Shown here: piece by piece, positions 10,307 through 23,020 of the stretch
Position numbering within the stretch: position 1 is the first letter of the stretch
Layout of the letters: every line of letters begins with the position of its first letter
Origin: Catajapyx aquilonaris
Taxonomy: Eukaryota
Direction: 5' to 3'
Length of the DNA: 56,590 bases
NCBI GenBank assembly: GCA_000934665.2
Contig: JYFJ02002652.1
Coordinates: forward strand, 1 to 56,590
The notes under the pieces: model-generated
Databases searched by the model: none
What the model was told of the DNA's origin: nothing
The model's input: the letters and a program-made list of their open reading frames with translations, nothing else
Made by a program: the position numbers and the translations under genes

Positions 10307-12069
10307 TGCTATTAGTCACAAAAAGTGTTTCAGAAAGAAAAGTTGGTGGAGATTTTATAGACTCCGTGTGTTTTTTGTTCCACTTGGTTAAAGGGACACT
10401 CCACTCAAAAAACAAGTTGACCTCTAAAAATCAGGCACAAAATCCTGATTCCGGTGATACCATGGGTTTTTTTCTACGGCGAACGATAATCCGATAAATA
10501 AATGGCAAAGTAGGCCGGCTGCAAACCCCCTGCCCCTCCACCCTCGGCGACACCTACCCCGGGCACCTGGCGGCTGCTTCAGGAAGTAGGGATCGTAGCC
10601 GCGCGGGTTTGAAATGCAGTTCGGTGGGATATTTCTGGCTGCTGCCAATACTGTCACGGAGGTGTTACTTTCCAGACCTCGCCTTTGCTTGGGTACCGGT
10701 GGGCTACATCTGTTGCTTACGCATCAGATCCCCATGACTAATAAAGGCCCGGAGGGACACATGTTTATGACTTTATGCTTAGCACTAGGGCAGGAGGTGG
10801 GTAGGTCCTACGCTTGTCATTTCTGGCTTTCATTCCGGAATATGGTGGAGGGCTCGGAAGCAAGTAGCATCATGGACGAGAAAGGCACGGAAAGGTAAGG
10901 ACAAAAGGCCGTCATTCTGGGAAGTGTTTTGCTCCTCGCCCTCGCACGGCTCGAATTGATAAGGGAGGAGCCCATGTGGACTGGGTCGGAGGCAGCCTGG
11001 AACTTCGGACTGTTCGGAGCTATCTCCCTCGGCAGCCTCCATGCTAGGTCGCGAACTATCCTTTTCCATTACCGTACATTCGGGCCCGACAGAATCGCTG
11101 GACTGCGCCATCTTGGAATAACCGCTACGCGATTGAGAATAGCAGCTAATATGTGTTAGGGCCAGAAGATTCGTGCTAATGGCTCTGTTTCAATGACTAA
11201 TTCCAATTTTACGGGGATCTGATGCGGCAGCAACAGAATGATGTAGCCCACCGGTACACAATTAGGAGCCAAGCATAGGCGAGGTCTGGAAAGTAACACC
11301 TCCGTGACAGTATTGGCAGCAGCCAGAAATATCCCACCGAACTGCATTTTTTCAAACCCGCGCGGCTACGATCCCTACTTCCTGAGGCAGCCGCCAGGTG
11401 GCGAGTACCCAACTTCCCCCGGGGGCCGCTGGTCAGGAGGGCAGCTCCACTCTCGATCAGAAGTCGAATTTATTCCGACTTTCGTCTCTTCCCCTGTCAT
11501 TACCGTTCGCCTCAGAGATAAACGGATCGCATTCTCGGAATCAGGATTCCTTGCCTGATTTTTAGACGCCAACTTGTATTTTGAGTGGAGTGTCCCTTTA
11601 AGAAAAAACTTTGAGCCCAAAGAAAACTTTATATTCTATAGCCTCGATTAGCGCATTGTCATCAAACACAGAAAAGACAAGGATCCAGGTTCAATTGAGT
11701 CAGTTGTTATTCGAAGGTTCAGAACTATAGTTAATACTATCAATGTGAAGATCAATGAACAGTGAATGATCCGCAGAGAAACTTCCCTCACAATGAGCAC
11801 ACTTGGCGAAAGCTATGCTACCAGACGATAGTCTTTTCCTCGCTGCTGTTATAAGCTCTTTGGTTCCGAAGATATGGGCCAAACAGTAACCCTCTATACA
11901 AGCAAAATGAGACAAAATGCGTGATGACACTGCGCTAATCGAGGTTATGGAACGAATAGTTTTCTTTGGGCTCAAAGTTTTTTCTTAACTAAGTGGAACA
12001 AAAAAAAAACCCTGAGCCTAAAATCTCCACTAACTTTTCTTTTTGAAACACTTTTTGTGACTAATAGCG
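10307..12069. mobile_element. TA-flanked MITE (Tc1/mariner-like) whose left TIR is split by the Kolobok-like element
   Basis: TA|TGCTATTAGTCACAAAAAGTGTTTC...CCACTTGGTTAA continues after 11601 with GAAAAAACTTTGAGCCCAAAGAAAAC, mirrored at 11960-12069 and ending GTGACTAATAGCG|TA. Confidence 0.8.
10392..11597. mobile_element. Kolobok-like non-autonomous transposon with residual ORF (PYQFEP motif)
   Basis: TTAA TSD (10388-10391, 11598-11601) and a TIR of about 60 bp, AGGGACACTCCACTCAAAA...CCTGATTCCG. Second internal inverted pair at about 10565-10730 / 11213-11400. Minus ORF 10830..11111. Confidence 0.85.
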
Positions 12070-12451
12070 TAATAGCGTTACTATCTCGGCCACCACAACT
12101 CCCCGTGTGGTTATACTGTATAATTATTTTCCCTTGCAGGTCCACAATTCTTGAATATTAAAAATGGTGGGACTGCAAGAAGAAAAGTTCAACCGTTAAC
12201 ATGAAGGGATAATGGGTCAAGGGTAAGAATGGAAAACAGATATTAACTTAAATACTCACTACCACCCTAGGCACGAAAAGGTGCCGCAAAGGGAAGCTAA
12301 TAATGTCGAATATTGTTAAAGTATGACTTTGGCCCCGGACATATTTGTTGCATTTGGTTCGTACGTTCAATTGAGTGTCAATTTCGGGATGCTAAGGCCA
12401 TATTAAGGCCTTTTTAGATCATATGAAACATAACGGCCTCATGCTCATCAA

Positions 12452-12737
12452 CAGTGGCGGATTTAGGGGGGNAGAGCTCCCACAGAGGGGGAAAAAACGG
12501 AAAAAAAAAGAAACGAACGGGGGGGAAACTCGCAAAAACCCTCTAGAACAGTGCAAAATTGCACTGTTCTATGGGTTCTTTTCCGTTTTGCGGTTGCGAC
12601 CCCAAATTTGGGGTAGCGAGAAAGGGTTGTGACCTTGAACCGGAAAATTTTTCGCTTGCGGCGGGCCCTGCGCCCCCCTCCCCCCAGAGAAGTTCCCTTG
12701 TGCTCCCCCCCAGAAAAACTTTCTGGATCCGCCCCTG
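12452..12737. mobile_element. hAT-like MITE
   Basis: Perfect 8-bp TSD CTCATCAA. Termini CAGTGGCGGATTTAG / CTGGATCCGCCCCTG. Confidence 0.85.
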
Positions 12738-12962
12738 CTCATCAAGGTTGGCAAGCTTGCTGGCAGCTCCCTGAACCATGTCACTTTCTACGCAAAAAAA
12801 ATATATTTTTTGCAGTTTATACCTCAAAATCAGTGCAGTTTCCGATATTATAAGTAGTCTTGTAAGTAGGGAGCCCTTTGTTCCCAATTTTAACAACTTG
12901 TAGCATGTTTTTTACAGACTCTGATTTGACATAAGATGCACTACCCAACCACCTTAAATAGT

Positions 12963-13380
12963 CAAAAAATGTAATATGTTGACAATAATATATATATATA
13001 TATAGCAACTTCATAATTATATATTATAAATAATTATTCAGTCCTTCAGTACTCTTCCCAGATGTGGAACACGACTCCCACCTTATGATAACCAAAGAGA
13101 CGCAAAATTCTAAATCAATGAAGAGGAATCTTGTATTTTTCACTAATTTATATGCTGATTAATGCCATAACATAATCTATACTTACATTGTTTGTCTATA
13201 TGCACCCGTACCGACCCGTACTTGCGCTGGTAGAAGCAAGTACACCGATGACCACGCCGTGAACCCCTTTTGGCTGATGTTCTGCAGGCCCAACAAATTA
13301 CTTTAGTTTCCTTAGAAACCATTTAGGTGCAACATGTAACATGTTGTGCTATGTTGGCATCCATGTTTGTGTACATTACA
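12963..13380. repeat. Local repeat unit, copy E (diverged)
   Basis: Aligns to about 2829-3205 of copy B. Confidence 0.9.
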
Positions 13381-14889
13381 GCTACTGGTGAATAGAGCTT
13401 TGTGGATTTCATGAGTCATGGGTGACTTCTCATCGTTGTGGCCACCATCCCAGTATGTCCTCTACAACTGTTATAGGGGAATGCGCAGGAGAAGACATTA
13501 ATGCAACAGTATGCACATTGCACAGTGACGTATTTAGGTTTTTGTGCCGCCCCTATAGGCATATCTTTATCTGCCGCCTACTCCTGGCTGATTTTACGAG
13601 ATTATGTAAATCCCGAAATTTGCGTATTTCAAGGCGAAATACGAAGGCTATTTTAAAATTAAGTTCCGATGAGCTGTGAAAAAAAAACAATGAAAAATAT
13701 GTTAATGCTACTTCTCCACATACTGTATAGTCATTGTCTCGATTGAGTCACTTGTCATAACGTGCCACCATGTTTTCTAACCCTAATACAATCGACGCTC
13801 CCGCCCAACTCGCTCCATAATATTTGATTTCTCCAAGCTAAAGACCCAAACAGCCGAAATTCATAGGAGATCGTGTCATGTGTATGGACGAGTCTATGGA
13901 GTCTATGGAGTATGCAATGTGCATGAGTGTCGGAATTTTGATAAAGGACGAATTGATGTCCATGATGAGGAAAGTAAGGGGAGAAAGTTTGTGGCGACTG
14001 ACATTGTTGTTGAAAAGTCAACAAATGGGTTTTGGAACAAATCGGGTCACAATTTTTGGCATGTCTCTTGATTTTTCCCGAGATTTCGCGGTCATCTCTT
14101 CATGACATTGTGACAGGAAAGCTGGGCTATCACAAGCGTTGTGGATAGTAAGTTCAAGAACAAAGAAGAGCTGAAAAAGTGTGTGATAAGTTGGCTCAGT
14201 ACCCAGGCGCCAACCTTCTATAGGCATACAAAAGAAGGTGCCACCGCCTTTACCGCCTAAAATGGCGGTCAATAAGGAGTCAATATGACCAGTTCTTTTC
14301 ATGCACGTTTTGCACCCATTGGGGTGGACTACCTACCCAACAAATTTGGTTAAAATCGATGGGAAACTGGGGGATTTGCAAAATTGACCTGGTGGTTACT
14401 CAGAAAGTTCAGTCTAGCAACCTCTTAATTCCTGGGGCACACTTGAAAAGAAAAACTAAATACAGTATACAGATTGTGCCAGAGAAAAGTACTTTCAATA
14501 CAACCTGCCGATAAAGATCATCAGATTTCTGGAGAATTTAAGAAATAATTCGCAAAGAATGTGGATTGACAATTATAACTTTTCTTTTTCACCTCAGGAT
14601 AACTGTACACTCTGCAACTCATCTCATACTTTCGATTTTTTTTCATGTATTGTATGTATGTGTATTTTTTAAGCCACAACGAGAAGGACTTCTAAGGAAC
14701 TTTCCAAAAATGCCACCGGACTATTTTTTCGTTATTTATGGATATCCCTATACAATACTTGATGCAACTTTACAATTATTTTTGTGCTATTGTCTCCAAA
14801 TTACTTGTCTGTAATATATACAGTTGGAATGTGGGCTGTGTGAACCCCCTGCCCATTCGACCTAGGCCTCAGGGCGGGGTTAATAAACC

Positions 14890-14966
<77 letters not shown>
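14890..14966. repeat. (ATT)n microsatellite, probably a retroposon tail
   Basis: Follows a GC-rich stem-loop ending GGCGGGGTTAATAAACC. Confidence 0.9.
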
Positions 14967-14967
<1 letters not shown>

Positions 14968-15563
14968 ATACAGTATACCGATATTTTTATTGTGCTTATA
15001 TTTAAAAAGCCATGCTCTTTACTAAATTTAAATTATTATGTTATCCTACGGTAATGGAAATTGTTATGAAATAACGTTAAATCCTTAAAATTCACTTGGC
15101 AATGACTATGACAATGACTTTGACAAAGTAATGACTAATTCATTAAAAAATGTAAAATCCATATTAGATTAACATATACTTTAATTGGTACTAAAATATG
15201 CATGACGTCACTACCCCTTATTATTTTTGTATAAATACTGTACTCCTTACCAGAGCCGACCCTAAGCTGGGGCAACAGGGGCCTCTGCACCAGGCCCCAC
15301 GCTAGGGAAGGCCTCGCGCTGGGGAAGACCACGCACATTGTCATTTTTTATCCCTCTCTCATTGTGGCCCACTATAATAAGTATAATAAAATAAAATACA
15401 AATTATTCATTCTTGCATCATATGTAAGATTCTTGAAACAAACACATATACCAGTATGTTCATTTTTCGTTACGAAGAACACATGACTTAGGTCTACTGG
15501 TAATATTATACACACACATCTGGTAAAAAGTACTCCAGAGACTATGCTATCTGTTAACAACAT

Positions 15564-15724
15564 GAGCCGTATACTCATCCAGGTCACTCGCAATCGACAA
15601 AGTCGATTGACGTCAAAATGACGTCGCCAATGATGACCAAGGGCAGGGCGAGGAGAATTGGCGACGTCATTTTGACTTCAATCGACTTTGTCGATTGCGA
15701 GTGACCTGGATAAGTATACGGCTC
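15564..15724. mobile_element. Near-perfect palindromic MITE
   Basis: Arms of about 67 bp, GAGCCGTATACTCATCCAGGTCACTCGCAATCGAC...GACGTCGCCAAT and its reverse complement, around a short spacer. TSD unclear. Confidence 0.8.
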
Positions 15725-18170
15725 CACGTGCGAGTGCGAGCCTTCGTCTTCGATAAGGCACTACCCTTGATTCTCTCCCCCTAATACCTGCCAGGCCCTG
15801 CGCTGCCAAATGCCAATTATTCTTAGCATCCTGTATGTTGTCTCAATCCTCCGCACACTTGTGTTCCAATGCTCCTGCATGCACAAGGATGAATGGGACA
15901 TGTTATACCTCCATATGTGTTTCTTCAGTCAGATCAGTACATAATTAAGACCTGTGGCTCAGAACCAAATGGCTACAGGAGGCTTTAGCATAGGTATAAA
16001 CAAATCAAAATACTGACCAAAAAAAATTATAGATGATAAATATACCATTGCTCCCTCTTCACCCCTACTTGCAATACTTACATTTAACCAGAAGGTATGC
16101 ATGCTGAGTTGTGCAGATGTAAGGCAAATGCCATGCAGTCAAGCCTGCCTCACTCCTTCCACAGGAATATACTGTAGTTGCAAATACGTCTTGCAGATGC
16201 ACCATTTTTTGGGGGTGACCCAACAACCTTATTGTGGAAACAAAATGAAGAGAAATTGGGAGTATGGGTGGAGTAAATAAATCAATATCATGTAACAGTA
16301 CCAGCACTCATTATTCATCATTTAAAATATATTTCATGAGGTACGGAAACCACCGTCATCAAACTGATTTGCAGGCCATCGACCCCACCCCACCCTTCCC
16401 ATGCCTTTTGCTCCCACCCTTCCTCTTCCATGTCCCATCCAAATTCACATGCACTTTCCAAAGGTCTATGTGGCAGGTGGGTCATTTCTCAGAGTGGGGC
16501 ATTTATTGGGCCATAGATCAGCAATGACACATTACTGTGGCTGCATTGAATCATCAACTCTCAAACACTATTCTCATGCAAAAAAATATGGCAGGCACCT
16601 TTTGCAGGTGAGGAGGAGAGAATTAGGAACCGCAACGTGGGGAAAAACTATGACACTCAAACAGATCCACTTGCAATTTTATACCCATTATTCTCTGCAA
16701 AAAAAGAAACCCCATTTCCATGCAGGTATCATCCATTTCTCACACCTCACCTGCTCAATTCCTGCCTGTTATTCTCTTCCCCTCCTGCAGTATTATTTGC
16801 CAAATGAAATCACTTGAGTGGTACACAAATCACTTGCAGAAGCAACAACACACTTTCAAACTCAGAAAGGATTCAAATCCTGACTGGGATAATAATTAAT
16901 CTGAAGACCTCTCATAGTATTTCTCAATATTTTGCACCTATCACAGTCGGAAAGGAAACCCATTCCATTGGTCCTCTTCCTTTCTGCACTCATTCAAGAA
17001 TCAAAAACTGATCATTTATTTTATGTGGGGCTGAGGAAGCATCAAAAGGAATGAATGTGTGACACTGGAGGAAAAAAAATTACAGAGATTCAAATTAAAA
17101 GCTCAATCGTATCACAGTAGGGTAATTCTTCTTTCAATCTTCTCAAAAATGTTTCAATTTGGTGAAATGAGAAAAGAGCGGACAACAATTTATCTGTAAC
17201 TTCATAGTGGACCCTAGTCCGAGACATGAGGAAACCCATGGAGAATTGCAAGAAGATAATCATGGTAATGGAACTGCATTCCAAGAATAACTGGGTATGT
17301 TTCATGGATTTCACATTGAACACCTGGACGGGCACAATTATGACCCCTGGAGAGTTTCATGACTCAGAATAGTGATGTATAGCAACAGTGACCATATTGC
17401 ATAAGGGCAGTATTCGACAGAAGGTACAAATCCCATCAGTTTACATTTGACATTTTAGCTGTCTCATTCCTCACATGACAGTTCAAAATTATTACAATGG
17501 ACATGCAATTGTGAATGAATGATCATCACAATGGCTTTTACTTCAAGAAGGACCAAATTCAGTGAAGGTCATCCATTATCATTGCCACATTGGTGATTCC
17601 CCAGTATTAGAGTATGGTTGCAGCCTGTCTTTATTATAGCACTCACTTCATGAAGACAAATAAATTGTTTCCTTATTGTTACAAAGCAACCGACAATGAT
17701 GCAAATATGAGCAAGAAAGAACAAACTTAACATGAATGATAGGTCTCTTTTGCCTCCAGCAGCTAACTACTTCATTTAGCCAAGTGCATGTGTGACCATT
17801 ATTTACAGAGTGGTTGCCCTACTGTCATCACACACAAGCTTTTAATTTGAACAACCCTAGTAACAATGAAAACAATTTGTACCTGTGGCAATTCCTTAAT
17901 GCGCAGAAAAAAGCATGACTGAGCGTGCTTTTGCACTCATGTACACAGACACATATTCCACCCACTCATACCCAAAGACACCTGCTCAGTCAACACACAT
18001 TCTGCTTTGTGCACATCCTGTACATGTACTTTTAACTGATAATCATCCTGTCCACAGTTATTGCGCTTGTGTTGGCTCTCATTGTTGCACTGCCACAATT
18101 ATCGTGTACGGGCAGTGCACAAGTTGGGTTTGTGGTCTCCACTCCAGCATTGTTTCACCCCCCCCAATCC

Positions 18171-18667
18171 CTAAAGAGCAGATTCCAGTTGATTGACCTC
18201 CTCTTTCACCCTGGGAGCATTGTTGGAGGTTCCATTGTTAGGCAGCATCTGAGGGGAAGGTGATGCGGCAGCAGTTGTTGTCTCCACCACCTCCGGTATG
18301 TCTCCTAATACAAGCCCTGAATCCCTCCGAGCCCCTCTCATCCCTATGGTGAGCTTGGGTGGATTGGCCGCTGCAATTGTCTGGACCATTGATGGACTGA
18401 TGCTGCTTCGCCTCTGCTGTCTCAGCAAAAATCTTCTCTTCACCAAGGGAATTAAGAAAGAAATGAGGGCAGCAATGAGGAGAAATCCACCTGCCATGAA
18501 GAATGGGATGTCGTAGCTGTTGGTTGCATCAAACACTTCCCCAGCCAGGGGAGGGCCAATGATGGAGGCACCACCCCTGAATAAAATGAGGAGGCCAAAT
18601 GCATTCGTCAATGAGTCCAGGCCTAGGAGATCCACTAGGATGATTGAAGTGAGCGATATGTATCCAG
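18171..18667 (-). CDS. MCT terminal coding exon (TM10-12, C-terminal tail, stop)
   Basis: cttcctctag|CT acceptor. Encodes SGYISLTSIILVDLLGLDSLTNAFGLLILFRGGASIIGPPLAG...QLESAL*, with TAG at 18171-18173. The five exons total 2853 nt (950 aa plus stop). Confidence 0.95.
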
Positions 18668-19813
18668 CTAGAGGAAGAAAAAAATAGGAATCAAATTGTG
18701 CAAGTGTACAACAGCATTACTACAAGTCAACCATTAATCTCTAGCTAAATTTTTCCTGATGGGCCTTGATGGGCAGAGTTGGTAGGTAAAAGTGCAGCTC
18801 TACAACATCTGCAAGCATAATATCAACATACTATGGGAGCATATTTATTTTTGCACCAAGGTCATAGTACCATTCCAAGAATGTGCTAATGGTGACTCTT
18901 CCACCATTTGGAGACTTTTTTTTTCCAGCAATAGGCAAGGTGGCAACATGATTGTGTGCTCCTCATATGTGCAACTACATGGCAGTAAAGTCTAAGTATT
19001 GCATGCAATACTTTGGGTCTCAATGCTAGTGTGACAGTGCCAAACCATAACAAAAACATGTTATTTACGTGACATTTTCATCATGCAGATAAACCAGTTT
19101 TCATTGTATTGTTATTAATCAAGCATTTTAAAGCATTTGCAAATTTAGAATTGTTTTTTTACACCTTTCCTCCCATTAAAACACAGGTAATGAAATTAGG
19201 AACACTTTGTTTGAAACTTTAAAAATGGGTGCTTTCACTTTTTCAATTTTGTGGTTTTTCCTATAATCTTTTTTAAAAATTTTCATTGAGGGACCTAGTA
19301 GGTATAAATGTTCAATGTATTAACATTAACTTTCCTTACATTGCTGCGTTCAGCCATTTTATACCAAGAGGAAAACAACGTAAGGGTGTCAAGATTTGGG
19401 CCCCTTACCCTGTAATAACCTAAATAATTACATATGTATGTATGTACTGTACATACATGTATGCCAGAAAAAAAGTGCAAATTTTAACTCCCGTACAAAG
19501 TGTACCCAATTCAACATTTTTATTTGTCAAAAATTCCGAAACTGTTTCGCACTTTACCACACAGAATAAGCGGTGTTGAGATATGAAAGTTGTTATGTAT
19601 TGCTAGCACTTAGCTTAGCAGTACCACATTTTATATCAGAAGTTCTATTAAAGACCCAATGTATTGTATGCAATACAGTCCTCTAACTCAACAATGGTGC
19701 AGAATTTTGAAGAATTTGTAGGATGGTTTTGTTCCCAGTGTGAAATTCTCCCGAGACACAAAATATGGAACTTGTATGTTGAATAGAACTCTTTAGGGTC
19801 TGAGGAGGTTATA

Positions 19814-20356
19814 CAGGGTGATTCTCTTGAATGGAAACCCAAACATTCCTCAATAACTTTTTAACTATGGTATGGTTCCCGATGAAAATTGACATGTACT
19901 TACCTTGTATCATACCAAACAAGGTCTGACTAAAGAATATATCAAAAGTGGTCCCCTCCAGCATCCAAGAATTTTTAAATTCGAGTCTGCATATTGCCGA
20001 AGACTCCTGCAGGTTGAAGGCGGCGATCTCATCTATTCCAGCCTACTTGGCTGGCGGGCATCTCAAGGCAACTGGCCCATTGCCTTCAGACTGATTCCCG
20101 CCCGCCAAGTAGGCTGGCCGCCTGGCCGGCGGGGATGAGTGCAATCCCCACCGGGAATCAGCAGGAGTCTTCGGAAATATGCAGACTCGCATTAAAATTT
20201 TTTTGGATGCTGGAGGGGACCACTTTTGGTATATTCTTTAGTCAGACTTTGTTGGCATGATACAAGGTAAGCACATGTCAATTTTCATCGGGAACCATAC
20301 CATAGTTAAAAAGTTATTGAGGAATGTTTGGGTTTCCATTCCAAAGAATCACCCTG
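19814..20356. mobile_element. Tc1/mariner-like foldback MITE (intronic)
   Basis: TA|CAGGGTGATTC...GAATCACCCTG|TA with inverted arms of about 195 bp. Confidence 0.9.
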
Positions 20357-20358
20357 TA

Positions 20359-20834
20359 TAAAATGCCTGATGTTTTTAGGCAAAGTATGAAATAAGGCAG
20401 ACATTTCACACTTTGCCTAAGCATTGTATATAATTCCTAGGTATTATATAGAATGCCGAAAGGCAAACCGGCAAAGTATAAAATACTCCCAGCCACGCTC
20501 CAGGGGCAAAGTTTGTACTACAAGCGGAGTGGTCTGATCAACCCTAGGGCACGCTGTACCAACATAACCCATAAACCTAAACTTCCTTCCTTGCAGATAC
20601 AGACCTATTTTCAGCAGATCCATGCCGATCCTTCAGCGGATACAGGCCTAGGAAAGTACGAGGTAATAGTTCGGGATCTCCCGATATGAAAGAGGAACCC
20701 AAACTCTGTCCCTGGAGTGTGGTTGGGAGTATTCTATACTGTACCGGTTTGCCCTTAGGCATGATATAAAATGCCTAGGAAATGTATGAAATAAGAAGCA
20801 TTTCATACTTTGCCAGTCCATTTTAGGCACTTTA
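20359..20834. mobile_element. Older foldback element between two TA-MITEs
   Basis: Imperfect inverted arms: GGCAAAGTATGAAAT / ATTTCATACTTTGCC, and about 20453-20514 vs 20700-20762. Confidence 0.65.
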
Positions 20835-20836
20835 TA

Positions 20837-21064
20837 CAGGGAGTTTCTGAATTAAGCCGACAAACTTTTAGGGGTAATAGAGGGGACCAAGACAAACATA
20901 TTTCATGTAGGAACCCGTGTCCGGAAACGCCATCTAGAGGGGGTCAATAGACAAGGAATGGGTCACTCAGACGCGTTTCCGGATGTGTCCCTATATGAAA
21001 TATGTTTGTCTTGGTCCCCTCTATAACCCCTAGAAGTTTGTCAGCTGAATTCAGAAACTCCCTG
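20837..21064. mobile_element. Tc1/mariner-like foldback MITE (intronic)
   Basis: TA|CAGGGAGTTTCTGAATT...AATTCAGAAACTCCCTG|TA with arms of about 90 bp. A related copy starts at 56498. Confidence 0.9.
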
Positions 21065-21555
21065 TATAATGCCAGATTTCACACATTGCTGGTAGCATAT
21101 TCACCAAGTAATCAACCTAACCACCTGATTTTATCAACAAACATTTAGTAGGCTATAAAATATGACACCAAAATAACAGCTAATTCTGACCACGCCAATC
21201 TCAACAAATAATTTTTTTAAATTATGTCTACAGCACGTCTGCAAAAAACCCGGTTCGATACCTTTCAATTTTTTAAAGAATGCTAATGATTTATAAATTT
21301 TTAAGGCCTACATGTATCTCAAGTGTGAGAGTTGCTTAACACTTTTAGTGGTTTGGAATGGTAATGACCCTCATCCAGAACAATTCTGGGCTAATAATAC
21401 TATACTGTATAAAGGATCAGTCACAAGTGACCAAACGTCTAAGAGAAACATAATCAATATTCAGGACTAGTGTTACACAATACTTAAGAAAATTCTGGAA
21501 GAACCTCAGTTTCTACAAAGTACTATTATATCAATAAAATTTGAATATGACTTAC

Positions 21556-22368
21556 AGACAAACAGCCCAAAGAAGACAGCAACAATAGTGAAGGCGGTGT
21601 AGTCAGGGCAGAATGGAACTGCAAAAACACATGCACTGCTGCAGAGAATGCACATGTTGTTGAGCAGCAGTGAGTCAACTTGTGGGAGGTCGGATATCCA
21701 CCCACAGGCCACCCTGCCAATGGTGTTAGTGATCCCAATGATGGACAACAGGAAAGCAGCCTTCTCCTTCTCCACCCCCTTCATCACGGCTGCATCCATC
21801 ACATACACAAATGGCACGTAGAAGCCCAGCATCCCAAATATGTTGCTGATACCTATTGCCAAGAAAATGGGATTGCTCAATAGGGAGCAGTCCACCATGT
21901 GGCTCAAGGCAGATCGAAAGGCACCAGCCCCTGGGCAAGCACATGGGCAAGTGGACCACCATCCAGTCTTCTTCTGTTTGGGCTTCCTTGCCTTTCTGGA
22001 CATATCCACAGCATCCACAGCCATTGGCAGATGTACCACACTCTGACGGTATGACTGCAGGCTCTTCTGAGACTGATACTCTGGTAAGTTGACAATGGAT
22101 CCAGAATAGAATATATCTTTTCGAGATAGGGGGCGGATGATTTCTTTGCGTTCCCGATTGGCAGCCCCACTATTGGCTCCACTTGAGGTGAAGCTCAGCA
22201 CCTCATTGTTGTCATCCAATTTACTCCACATGTCTTCACATGACATGTTGTTGTTGGTGCGGCTTCCACCTAGGAATGACGAGTTGGACAGGCGCAACTG
22301 AAGGGAGTGCTTGCGGAGTTCTCCATTGGCACCACGGTTCAGCTTCGTGTTAGAGTTGCCTGGTGCCA
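21556..22368 (-). CDS. MCT coding exon (end of loop, TM7-10)
   Basis: tttcag|TG...GTCT|gtaagt, 813 nt, phase 1-1. Contains RPLSRKDIFYSGS, GFYVPFVY and IGITNTIGRVACGWISD. Overlaps ORF 21506..22453. Confidence 0.95.
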
Positions 22369-22695
22369 CTGAAAAAAGAGTTATTTGATTTGATTTACAA
22401 ATTTTAAACATGTAATACCAGTGGTACCTGAAGAAACAGCATAAGTCTGTCATACACTCTGATTCCCCATATATTTATAAAAATTTCAAATAAATCTGAC
22501 ATGTTTTAGAGAAATTAGTAATTGTCTTTCCATGAAAACATGCTATTTCATTTGGCTTCCCAATGACGCTGGAAATATATCTTTCAAGATCAAGAGCGAT
22601 GAGGAGTTTGACTGTACTAATATATATATATTTGTTCAACATCTGGCTTATATTAATTTATCTTACCAAATCACATTGTACGGCCATGTCTAAAA

Positions 22696-23020
22696 TCTAT
22701 ATAAATGAAGCCCTTTGTGAGTCTGTCTGTCTGTCTGCCTCTCTGTCTGTCTGTCTGTCCGCCTGCCAACCGTCATTTTCCTGCCATCTGTGCTCCACCC
22801 CCAGGCCGGGAGAGGTTGGAGGTGTTGGGGGTTGACTACAGATGGCAGACAAATGACGGTTGCCGTGATACAGGCGGGAGAGGTTGAAGGTGTTGGAGTA
22901 GCAGGACCACAGATGGCATTGGTGGCCGGACACACAGAAAGACAGACAGTTGACAGGGGTACTGGCAGGTGTTTTCCCTTCATTCATTTCTTCCCGGGCA
23001 ACGTCGGGTGCCGCAGATAG
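22696..23020 (+). mobile_element. Non-autonomous Helitron-like element (intronic)
   Basis: Inserted between A and T, 5' TC, internal (GTCT)n, 3' hairpin CCCGGGCAACGTCGGG 12 nt before the end, terminus ATAG (variant of CTAG), no TSD. Confidence 0.7.

Noticed and set aside
11156..11620. Duplicated 'proteins' MQFGGIFLAAANT / MTVLAAARNIPP appearing twice in the ORF track
   Set aside because: Artefact of the inverted repeats of the Kolobok-like element; the same applies to the MPKGKP ORFs at 20453-20762.
1..13380. CRISPR array or other prokaryotic system
   Set aside because: Repeats are hundreds of bp, irregularly spaced, with no cas-like ORFs. The window has spliceosomal introns and eukaryotic TEs.
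14738..15025. ORF with long poly-Ile run
   Set aside because: It is simply the (ATT)n microsatellite read in frame.
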